NCBI GenBank assembly: GCA_000165425.1
Contig: CT868654.1
Coordinates: forward strand, 248,001-312,000
DNA: 64,000 nt
Source of the DNA: Paramecium tetraurelia
Lineage: Eukaryota
Reading direction: 5' to 3'
Shown here piece by piece: positions 53,085-64,000 of this stretch (positions are counted from its first letter, which is position 1; each line of letters opens with the position of its first letter). Made by a program: the position numbers and the translations under genes. Below the pieces are notes generated by a model that did not search any database, had not been told where the DNA came from, and worked only from the letters and a program-made list of their open reading frames with translations.

Positions 53085-55205
53085 TCATTAGTATTGATGA
53101 TTTATATTCACAGATGGACGCATACTCAATGGGTATTGAGCTGCAGTCTCTCCTCCCACTGACATAATCTCCAGAACACCCATGTCTGGTATCTAATCAT
53201 CTTCAGGAAATCTCAATAACTTGGAGGCCTTGATGATGGCCTTCACTTGATCTCCCAGGAATTACTTCAACTTCCTGTTGATCTTGTAATAATAGCGATT
53301 GGACTTCCTGTTCTTGGCAGCTATTGCTTTGTAAGAGTTGAACACATTTTCGATGCTAAGATGCTCTTTTGATAAGAAAGTTGTCTTCATTCGCTTCTTA
53401 ATGTCTTCTGCCACCTCTATCAAGGTCATTTGCTTCAGAGATTGCTGTTTGGAGTAGTGTAGGAAATCTGTTTCCTTGTCCTTCTCATAAACGGCAATCA
53501 CTGGCTTGGGGGAATAATTAAACAGAATCAGTTGATCTCTGTCCAATAGGATTTTCTTCAACTTCTCCAATTGATGAATTCGATTCAGAATCGAGAATAC
53601 ATCTAATTCCTGTCTAACTGAATTCAACGCCTTCTACAAAACGAATAAATGAGGATCTTCTTTGGGATCTGACTTCCGACAGAAGAGTTTGTAGAAGAAG
53701 TATTTGATACTAAGTTAGATGGACTTCTTCATCAATATGGTTTGTTGGAAGGTTGCCAATAGGAAGTGTTTCCTACTCTTAAACTAATATTTGTCCATGA
53801 TTTGTTTCTGCTCCTCGACCACTCTCAATACTCGCTCTTTGAATTGGGGGTCTTCCTCCATTGAATCCTCTACTGGCTATTTGATAGCATCTGTTTTGTC
53901 CTGAGCTTTCCTCTTCTTCTTAAGGGGCTGAGAAGATTCCTGATGGAGTTAGACACTGAATTGGAGAGGGTCAACCTAGCCAGAACCTTTGGTACCTTGA
54001 TCATGTTCGCCGTTGAAATCATAATCGTAAAGACGATTGGATATATCCAAATAAACTAAATACTACTTATTAATTACATTGTGCTCTATTATAATAAGTA
54101 ATTATTACTCCTACAATAGAAATCACCGATTGAGACAAGCCTCCAATTTTGGATAACAAGTCAGTCACCGTCTGGTATTCTCGGTTATAACTGGTTGAGA
54201 AATTACTGCGCACAAAGACAATACGAGACCAGACTGCAGTGTTCTTACCTTCGTAGATCTGTTTGAACGAATTGGTCGAGAAGATACTCCACTCTTACTC
54301 ATCCAGCAATCCTCTAATATTATTGGGATCTCTACTCTATTTTGATTTGTCCCTGGTAATCCTTAGTGATGTGCTTATGAAATTGGTAATCTATCCTCTA
54401 CAGATCTCCCGGTTAGAAGTACAAACTCATCGAATTGTCCAAGTAATCCTCAGCCACGAATTCATTGTTGAATGGGTTAATGAACTTTTACATCACTCAA
54501 ATTAATACTGTATTCTTTGTAATCATCTGCACCTTATAACTGTCCTTCTGGGATCTGGTCTGACATTCACTGCCCCAAGAACTCCTTGACTTACATTCAC
54601 TAATCTCGATCACCAGACTCGAAAATGTTGAGGCTATCCTCCTAGCTACATCAAAACTTACAAAACGGTGTCCCCTCCAATTCAATCGAGAACTCAGATT
54701 TGGGACACAACCAAGTGTTCACTTGATTAGCCTCCAAGAAGTCCAGCACTTAACTCGAATTCAACACACTCACGAATTGCTGGAAAGTGCATTATTACAA
54801 CTCCAATGAAACTTCGTTACTGTTTTGATGCTATCTAACCTGAATGTCGAATTAGGGGGACTGGTAGAAACTGTCTTGCTCTACTCTGATGGCAAAAATG
54901 AAATTCTAATTGTTTAGTACCAGCACATCGGGATCATAATTGAATTTCGTCTAGTCCCCCTATAAATCCAGAATACTACTTCCTAAGTGATCTGTATGCC
55001 TCTCTGGATGGTGTACCCAATTATCTCATTCACACTGTAGCCAATCAACAGAAAGACTATGAACATTGAAACCAATCCTCCCAAGAAAGTCTGGTACTTG
55101 GATCTCAGATCAAGATTGAGGTTTATTGGCTACCCAAAGATATCCATCTTTCTTATTGCTAACGACTTTCAGATTTGAATTCTTACTTCTCAGGAACATG
55201 CTCAT
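53085..55205 (-). CDS. ciliate two-transmembrane protein with large Cys-containing ectodomain
   Basis: MDIFGQPINL..KYQTFLGG+TM1; RNYQTVTDLLSKIGG+TM2; cytosolic tail with ELDVFSILNRIHQLEKLKKILLDRDQLILFNYSPKP. Confidence 0.75.
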
Positions 55206-55306
55206 ATATTTAATTATTTTATTTAATAATTAATTGTATAATTATAATCATTATGATAATCGTATTCTCTACCTACCAACATTATAACATTAATTTATTT
55301 AATACA

Positions 55307-56956
55307 ATGAACACATACAATCCATACTATTGCACATCATGTTACAACGTTTGGGACTAAAATTAATGTCTTCCCAAACTCCTCGATTGTGGACACTCCT
55401 TTTGTCTTAAATGTCTCCAACGTCTTCTCAAGAACAATCGAATAATTTGTCCAGATGACATGTAACCAATATTCTCCATAACCCCCCAAGGAAGTCCTTC
55501 AGAGTAGACTCACTCCATTAACTAGCTACCAACCAAGAATTATTGCATCCCCAACTCCAAAGAACTCTACATTCCTCCCAATATGACATCTCTTTAGAGA
55601 ATATCACCCAATCCACCACTCGACTCTACACCAATCTTCCTGAAAATTCAGTAACCATCAAAAAACCACTCTCTCCCCATCAGCAACATCAAATCCCATG
55701 GAATAGAGAACAATTGCAACAATGTCATTAACAACTACAAGAATCGCATCAACAATTTGAATTGAACCAGTAAACCTATTTCAACGAAGCCTTCAGAATG
55801 ATCTTTCAATAGAAACGCAGCCTAATCGAACAAATAGAATAGAACTTCTCAGAATTACAAATGAAACTCAGGAATATAGAAAGTCAACTCCTTAATGAAC
55901 TAAACATCGTAGCCTTGAAACTAGAAGATGACATCAGGTAAATGCATATTTCAACCGACTAAAAGGCAATCGCCGAAATCAAATTAATACAAGAAAGGTA
56001 AACCCCACATTTATGAGTAGTTAGAATCCAGTAATTGTTACTCCTCTCTGATGAGAATCTAAACACTAAAGCAGATTTAGTCAACACCCTCACTCGCCAG
56101 ACTGAATTAATTATCAATCACTTCATCAAGCAACCCTCCTTCAACATTTAACATATTATCACTAAGCAAATGCAACTCAAATTCGATCTATCTGTTTATG
56201 ATTACTTGCCTACATTTTGTACACTCAAAAAATACAACTGTGATAATAGGAACCAATCATAACAAAGGAGAGTCAAAACATTAACCGAATCAAATGACTA
56301 TGCCTATACTCACTCTAACTAATCCCTCTCGGATAACAGCCCAAAACCTAAGGGACATGACAATTCCTCATAAAAACCCTTTTAATATTCTAAAAATGCC
56401 CATCATTTAGAAGAACCTCCCTAATAAAGATTCAATCCAAGGGAACTAACCTTTGGAGGCAAAGGCTAGGTTAGCAAATCTCGTGATTCCAAAAATTCAA
56501 GAAGTTTGTCATCCAGCAAACTCAATGAAGCCACTGGAATTGCTCGCATCCAAGACCTTCTATTTAAAGGATTGCCTATCGAGAAATTAGATTTAACCAA
56601 TCAAAGTAAATTACTATATTTGATCTCTAGATTTGAATGATCTAGATCTCCTAGATCTTATCAAACTCATTAAAAAGTCTACTTCATAGATTGAAATTCT
56701 TAAATTAACCAAGAATAGAATCACTGATAATGGATTCAGCCATTTGCTAAATCTATTGCTTAAACGCAGAGACATTCACACTCTCAACTTATCCAATAAC
56801 GAATGCACTGAGAAATCAATAGATTTGATTGAAAGAATGATACAGCAATTGCATGGGAAAACCATCTACCTCTCAAATTGCAAACTCAGTAACTTAAATC
56901 TATTGAAGAAGAGATAGACTTCGTTGTAAAGTATGGGTGTCACTTTGTTTTTATGA
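55307..56956 (+). CDS. RING finger + coiled coil + C-terminal LRR protein
   Basis: CTSC...LPKLLDCGHSFCLKCL...CPDD; LKLTKNRITDNG and LNLSNNECTEK LRR motifs. Confidence 0.8.
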
Positions 56957-57035
56957 TTTTGTGTAGTAATATTATTTAGAAAAATATAACTATCCAATAC
57001 GAGTTTTATGTATAATCTGGAAATAAATAAAATTT

Positions 57036-59667
57036 ATGATAAGACAACAATCAATAATCTCAGGAGAATACTTGGTCTTCGATACGCATGACCTAATCAA
57101 AAAGGGACAGTACAGACAATGCCTACAGAAGATCAACCGATTGGTCTTTGATCCTCAATTGGCCAAGGGTTAGCCATAATTTTTATAATTACAAATTTAG
57201 CTATGCAGAAGACTATTGCATTGTTGCAACAAAATCCTCAAGAAGTATCACAATGCCATAACAATTCTAGGTATTTCCAAAAGTTTTCAGAGAAGTCCCA
57301 CAAAGTTCAATCGTTACTTAATCGCACCATCGAATTGAGTCTCTTTTACATCGATTTCCTAGAGATCTATGCAAAAGAAAGTATTCAAAAAGATGCTTCT
57401 CCAACTGCATCTCCCTCTCCAACAATGAAAAAAAAATAACTTTTTAAAGAACTCTACGCAGAGTAGATAAGTCTTGCCCACAAAATGGAAATGTTCTTTT
57501 CCCAAGACATCGTGAGCAATTACGTTCCGAAATCCAATATCTGGTTTCATTCCCAGTGCCAGAACTGCTATTTTTTATTAATGGAAACCCTCTTCAACAC
57601 TTATCGCTTTCACAAATATAATCGAACTCCTTACGCCGCCCTAACCCTTAACCTTATCACCCAGGTCGTTGAGAATGTTACAATAACCAACAATAGATAA
57701 TCATTATTCAGAGGGGAATTACAAACGTTGATAGGAAATGCATACTTTGAATTGTGTATTAATTACATTTTAATTAAGATGAGTACAATAAGGCTGATTA
57801 GTATTACATCTAATCGATTGAATAAACAATGGAGGCTGTTAGAATCATCTTGGGTGAGATTGAAAAAATGAAAAGCAATATTGATCTCAATGCGGTTAAG
57901 ATTCAATTAGCCAAATTGATCAGTTAGATTTTAGTTAATTTTGAATTGCAATCCTTGGTTAATCAACAAATGGAAAAGTAGTAATTGACTTTTAATATAG
58001 TTATGATCGCTGCTTAGAAATCGTCTAACTCGCTGTGTATTTCAACAAGATTCTAGAACACTTCAAAATTTGTAAGGAAGTAACTTCACAATTCGAGACA
58101 AGGAGTACAGAAATTAAAGAAAACTACAAGGATCACGTTGATGAAATTAATGAAATAAGCAGGCTGCTTTCTCACGTATTCCAAATCTCCTTAAAAGAAC
58201 ATCTAAAAAATAGCAAATCTTCAATTGATCTACAACAATTAAGCCAAGTTGAGCAATATGAACAAAAAATATTTGAGAAGTACTAATACTCACAAAATAA
58301 CTAAACATTTTTTATCAAAAATAGGGAAGTGCAGAAGCAATTGATGCTAGACAACGTCCTGTAATAGTAATAGCAATCGCAATACTTCGTTAAGAATTAA
58401 TCAATGAAAATATTCAAACTTAAGCACAACAGTTCTTAACATTCAATTGAGTAGCCTTCAACAAATTACAATGATAGTCAATTACAATTGTCAAATAATA
58501 AGAATGATCAGAGTCATTTAACTCAAATTGATACATCGCATAATTCATCAATCAAAACTCAATTGAATAAGACTTTAAAAGTCAATTCCAATCATAGATA
58601 GAGTTTCCTAAGCGAATTAATTCATTTAAGAAATCAAGGATCTAAATCAGATGAAAAAGAAAAATAGGTTGAAACCGAAATCGAGAAGAACTTCAGGTAG
58701 TAAAAGGAATTACTCTTCAAAATCAGCAATAAAAGTTACTATATATTCAATATATTTAGATGCCTATTAGCCATTGGATTAAGTTGTTAAATCATATATA
58801 AATTAAAATCTTGTGAGCTATCAAAAATGCTAATCATTAGATGAAGTAAAGTAGAATGCCAAACAAATCTGCTAAGCTGAAGCTGAAGTTCACAAAGAAG
58901 TACCTATCACAAAAAGTTTATTACAAGCCAGAAAAATGACCTGCCCTTAGGGTGTTATGGTTAAGGATAAATAAGCAGAAAATGAATTCAATAAATTACT
59001 TGAATTTAATGTGATAGAATATTTTGATTTTGTTTAAACCAATAAAGATTTGGCAGTTACCAACTTAAAAGCTTAATAAGAAAATAAATAGGTTCGAATT
59101 GCATAATAGAATTTGTTCTCCGATAATTTCATTCCTAAGAAAAAACTAAATTTCATTGATTAAGAAGAAATTAAATAAATTCAATAAGCACAATAGATAG
59201 CAGAATAAGCAGAGAATTTATTAAAAAGAACCTATGATAAAAGAAAATCAACTTAAAAATAGTCTAGAATAGCACTTTTAAATTTCATGCAAGACAAAGT
59301 GCATAAATCCTAGAAATAAGATACTATAATACCAATGTCTTATGATTAATCATTAGATTAAGCTCGTAATTCAATTAAAAAAGTATTATCATTGAATGAG
59401 AAACAAAAGCACAAATTTGAAGAGGAAGATCAAGAATTGAGAGAAGTAAATATTTCAATAATAATTATTAGACTGAATTGCCTTACAAATTCAAGAGATC
59501 TTTATCTGGAAGTTCAAAAAAGAAAATATAATCTAAGAGTATTTTGATCAAGAAAGAATTTGGCCATTTATGTTCATCAACAAAAAACATCAGAGAAAAG
59601 GATTTTGGATCTTCACATAATACAGAAACAAAGATAAGAGGAATCTCATTAGATAGGATTAAATGAT
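57036..59667 (+). CDS. hypothetical protein (helical N-terminal half, Q-rich C-terminal half)
   Basis: ATG 57036 (MIRQQSIISGEYLVFD) to TGA 59665-59667 with several short introns; not fully traced. Confidence 0.6.
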
Positions 59668-59778
59668 TATTTCGTTTATTATTTATTTATTTTAAAAATT
59701 TTTGATTTATGTCAGACACTATACTCTGAAATCATTTTTAATTTATAACCATTGTTGCAATAAATATGTATATATATA

Positions 59779-61717
59779 TCAATCATTTTTGTTCAGTGCA
59801 TTCAAAAATTCAGTATTATCCTCCAATAAGCAAAGCAAATCCTGAATTTTGTATTTTAACTGCTTCATTATTTATTTAGAGATTTTGCTTGCCTAATTAT
59901 CATCCATTTATAATTCTGTAATTATGTGTTACTTCAATAGAAACTTTATGATGTTAATCTTTTGGTCATCTTTTAAGGAATAAAATGCTTCAAAGTTATT
60001 CATAATTGTATCCAATGTAGAATATTACTAAATAGTTTCTGAATACTAGTCCTAAATGATATTGTTTTCAGCTTCTTCTATTTCCAAGATAAATTTGGCT
60101 GGATCTTTGTAAAGTTCTATTATATCTTCTAATTTCTGATATTTATTTATTATTTTACCTAAAATTTATTATTATTATTAGAATACATGATATTATTTTT
60201 TAATCTACCAAATTTAAATAAGATTAATTAGCAACAACTTAATCAATTAATTACTACTCAATATCTTTTTAATCCTATAAACTGAGTTATTGGAAATGCT
60301 CCAATTCTTCAATTATTTGATTAAAACTTTAAAAATATTCTTTATCTTTTAGAATACAATTTTATGTTTCAGGTGTTTAAATTTCTTTTTTATAGAATAC
60401 TTCTTCGTATAACTCACTAAATATCTTCTCATATTCATAATGCTTATAGTGAAGCTTTTAGATTTTGATTGGAGAGTCTGAAATATTCTAATTTGATCCA
60501 AGTTGTTGATTTTCATATTCCTACAATATTAATTAAGCATCAAATGAAGTGAGTGCTAAGGCAAAACATACCTTAGTAGCTTTTCCATTTTATTCATTTC
60601 TTAAGACTACTGATTTTATCAAACCAAATTATTGGAAATACTCTTTCAATTATACAATAGTAACTGAACTTTTTAAATTTGAAATGACTAGTATTCTATC
60701 ATCATAATAATCTTAATTGTTGAAATGGTATCTGCAACTGAAATTTGAGAAGTTCCCACTAAAATAATCTTGAGTTGCTCTACTTTAAAATTATTCATTT
60801 ATCGACAAATGCTATTAGTGAAACTATTGAAATGTTTAAGATAGAGATGAATCCACTGAATATTTTTTAAGTATTGTTGGGATACAATCTGAATCATGCT
60901 AAAAGCAAGGATGTCCTTTAATTTGGTCTGCTAATTTCATAAATTTGATGGTATCACTTAAGGTTGGGAATACCAAAATTATGTATGGTTAATCGTTCTT
61001 CATTTTGACAAAACAATTTTTCATCTACAATTTTCTTGAATTAAAATAATCTACTATTAATAATTCCCATATTAATTCAATAAATCTTGAGATTCCAAAA
61101 ATCTATGATTCTGCCTAATTCAACTTTCTACAAAAACCCTATATTATCATTTATATCGACACTCTTGGCTAAGTCTTGTCTTTACAAGGTTGGATGATCA
61201 ATATTTTTCCATTGACTTTTAATGGTTACCTCAAGTATATTTCCATCAAATCTACGGTAGTCTAAGGATTCTTATATTCCACAAAGCCGGAACTACTTTA
61301 TAGGTGCTAATTTACAATTAAGGTTTATGGTTCAAATAATTTGATTTCTTTATTTTACAATTGAAGACTTGTCCAAATTACTCAAAAAACATGGACAATT
61401 ACTCTTAGGTAATATTTGAAGGTATATTATTTACAAATAAATTATTAGTTCTAAACTCATTTTAGTTTTAATCATCATGAAGTGAAATTTTGAGGATGTT
61501 ATTATCAATTTTAAATTCTTTCTTTTCTAGTTAAATTTAATGAACTGATATCGAATCTGCAAATTCTATAATTGCACTCTGTTATTCATAATATTCCTTC
61601 TTGATCTTTATTTCAAGCATTTTGCCATAGATTCTAAATGTCTCATACAATATTTCCTCGTTAACATTCTTGGATAAATTAAGGAATTACTTCAGGAAAA
61701 CCGCTTACTAAAATCAT
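59779..61717 (-). CDS. multi-RRM RNA-binding protein, divergent poly(A)-binding-protein-like
   Basis: MILVSGFPENVNEEILYETF, NNLFVNNIPS..SGFVEY, LVISNLK..YFQQFG..GMFCL; C-terminal helical segments reminiscent of MLLE/PABC. Confidence 0.65.
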
Positions 61718-61829
61718 TATCAAGGAGTAAGTAATAATTTTATACAACAAAATAATATATGGATTAATTATTCTATTCAAATTGTCATTCTTTTTATTAT
61801 CCGATTAAATATAATTATCACAAATATAA

Positions 61830-63458
61830 TCAAGTCTCAAACTCATCTTCATCTTCATATATCATTTTATCATCTTCATAGTATTTTGTTTTCCTATCAA
61901 TCATTTAATTGCTTACTATGTCTTTATGTTATTGCAAGTAGTTATTGAAGTAAAAACTCCTACTTTGATTCCATCCTTAAATTCGCCTACTTCTACAGTT
62001 TCTTATACAGTTTATTTTAGATCTACTACTACGACTACTTTCGTTGTTTCAGTGCACTTTCCACAGAGTTTATCATCTTTGAAAGTACCATCGATTCTAC
62101 CTATCAATTAAAAATACTATAGTTGGTCCGAAACTTTGAGTGTTCCTTATCCATTTTTCTTTCCATTCCTAAACTATCCATAATATATGGTTTTATTCAC
62201 AAAATTTTCTAAGATGCCCTCTCCATCCCTTTGATTATCTTTATATTCGCCCTCATATCAATTATATTCAATTTTCTTACTTCTCTTCAGCATTCTTAAA
62301 AGTTGCTTTCCCATTGAGCTTTCCATCCTTGAATGTGCCTTCAACTCTATTGATAATTTAATAATTATATACTATCCATATTCCTCACTAATTAAGCACC
62401 CTTGTCCTTCATACTTCCCATTTTTCCAATAGCCATAATACCTATTTATTATTATGAATTAATACGAATCTTTATTCTTTTTATTTGTTATTCCATATCC
62501 TTCCTACAATTCATTTTTGAAGCTCCCATCGTATCTGAATAACGATAATCTTATACCTCTCTATATTAGCCAAAATCATGATTCCACTCGAATCAATAAT
62601 ATATTCAAATTGATTTTGACCTTAATAGAAATGTCCCTAAAACAGTTGATTCTGAGCTAGCTTGATCTTAATTCCATAAGTAAAATGACCTTCAATAAAT
62701 GCTCCATAATAGATGATATTTTAATTTTGCAATTCTAATACTCCAATTCCCTATATCTAGTTATTGCAAAATTAACCGGAGTAGTAGGCTTCTTTATCCA
62801 ATTTATAGTTTATAGAATATGTGAGATCAGGATGTTCATAGACATTATATTCTAGTGGGATTTTAAGGTTTTAGATTTACTATCTAAATTCAATTGGCAT
62901 GTTATATTTATAATTCAAACCATCTAGTATTTGTTGACATCCCTAATCAAAAACATCATTGATATTTTTCTTAATATCTTTTTTAATTATCTCTAGCCTC
63001 TCAATTGTAAATGTTGCCTAAACATCAAATTTGTCATAAAGAGCTTTTTTTTAATCCAATACAATAAGGAGGTATTTAGAGTTTTCATTACTCACAGAGT
63101 CCAAATTATCTGGTGAAAAATCATTCACAAAAGCTAGAAAATCAAACAATTCCTTATATTGAAGTTCAAAGGATTATTTTAAAAGACTTATATTTTGAAT
63201 GAAAATGTTATTTGTTTATTCTATAGCTTAATCAAATAGACTTTTTTTATTTTAAATTTCTTAGAGACAATTACTATTTTTGATTTCTTGAATTGCTTAG
63301 TTTAAAATTTTCTAGATCTAAACAATAGGCTTAAAGTTATATTGGACTTTATTTTACTCAAAACACTTGGAGCAACCCCATAAAATTTCTTTAGCTTGTA
63401 TGCAAACGAATTCAATTTATCTTTGGTTATGACCAAAGCTTAAGCATTTCTAATTCAT
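61830..63458 (-). CDS. MORN-repeat protein with N-terminal Cys/His motif
   Basis: YDGSFKNELQEGYG, GYWKNGKYEGQG, YEGEYKDNQRDGEG, YYGQFRNGKKNGQG; N-terminal C..H...C...CSKC. Confidence 0.8.
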
Positions 63459-64000
63459 TTAATTTATATAATATTTATAGATAATGTATATGATTATTTT
63501 AAAATTTCCTTTGATTAGTTTGATGAAAATTGTTGTTAACTTTCAAAGGATTAAGACATGAAAATAATTATTTATTATTAATCTAAATGGAAAGAAAAAT
63601 TACTACTTTTGATCTAACCATTTAAAAGAAAAAAGAGTTATAAGTAAGACTCAACAATAAAAATAACATTATAAAACTTCAAAATTATTTAGATTAAATG
63701 AGTGGGCTGTGGAAATTTATTTATAATATTTAGAAAGGCATCAATTTCTACCTATCTAATGAAAAACCTATATATGGAATACATTATTCCCATATAAATA
63801 TTAGTTTCCAATATATTTATAATTTGTTTTGAGTTCGTTTATAATAAATTATGACAATGATATTTTAAAATGTTGTAAATGGTTAAAAGTCTTAAGATTC
63901 TGAAATTTCAATTTTTCAAAGAATATGTCCTTAACAAGTTGGATTGTTCTAGTTTATTATTTATATTGTATCTATCAATTTATCAATTATTCAATCCTTA

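Noticed and set aside
61235..61350. Apparent frameshift in the RRM gene
   Set aside because: Resolved by a normal 23-nt GT..TAG intron
63459..64000. Coding-like fragments at the window end
   Set aside because: No coherent frame or recognisable motif; treated as intergenic or decayed sequence

Overview
Eukaryotic, very AT-rich, gene-dense DNA that reads as ciliate macronuclear sequence, most likely Paramecium (probably the P. aurelia complex). TAA/TAG encode Gln, TGA is the only stop, introns are about 20-34 nt GT..AG, and intergenic gaps are often 10-50 nt, so the supplied standard-code ORF track is largely fragmentary or spurious. Manual retranslation gives about 35 protein genes. Recognisable ones include PDK1, casein kinase I, a bZIP factor, stomatin, UBC9, alanine aminotransferase, Ars2/SERRATE, RNA Pol I subunit RPA2, squalene-tetrahymanol cyclase, a trichocyst-matrix-like protein, two tandem cNMP-binding proteins, and TLDc, RING-LRR, multi-RRM and MORN proteins, plus several decayed gene relics. 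The most unusual points are two same-strand junctions where the next ORF's ATG overlaps the upstream TGA (ATGA), a catalytically dead SPP-like protein, a pseudokinase, a 43-aa Dpy-30-like micro-gene, a 6-Cys secreted mini-protein, and paired +1 frameshifts in two otherwise intact genes. No rRNA, tRNA, transposon, telomere array or CRISPR was recognised. All calls come from hand translation and remembered motifs; no database search was run.
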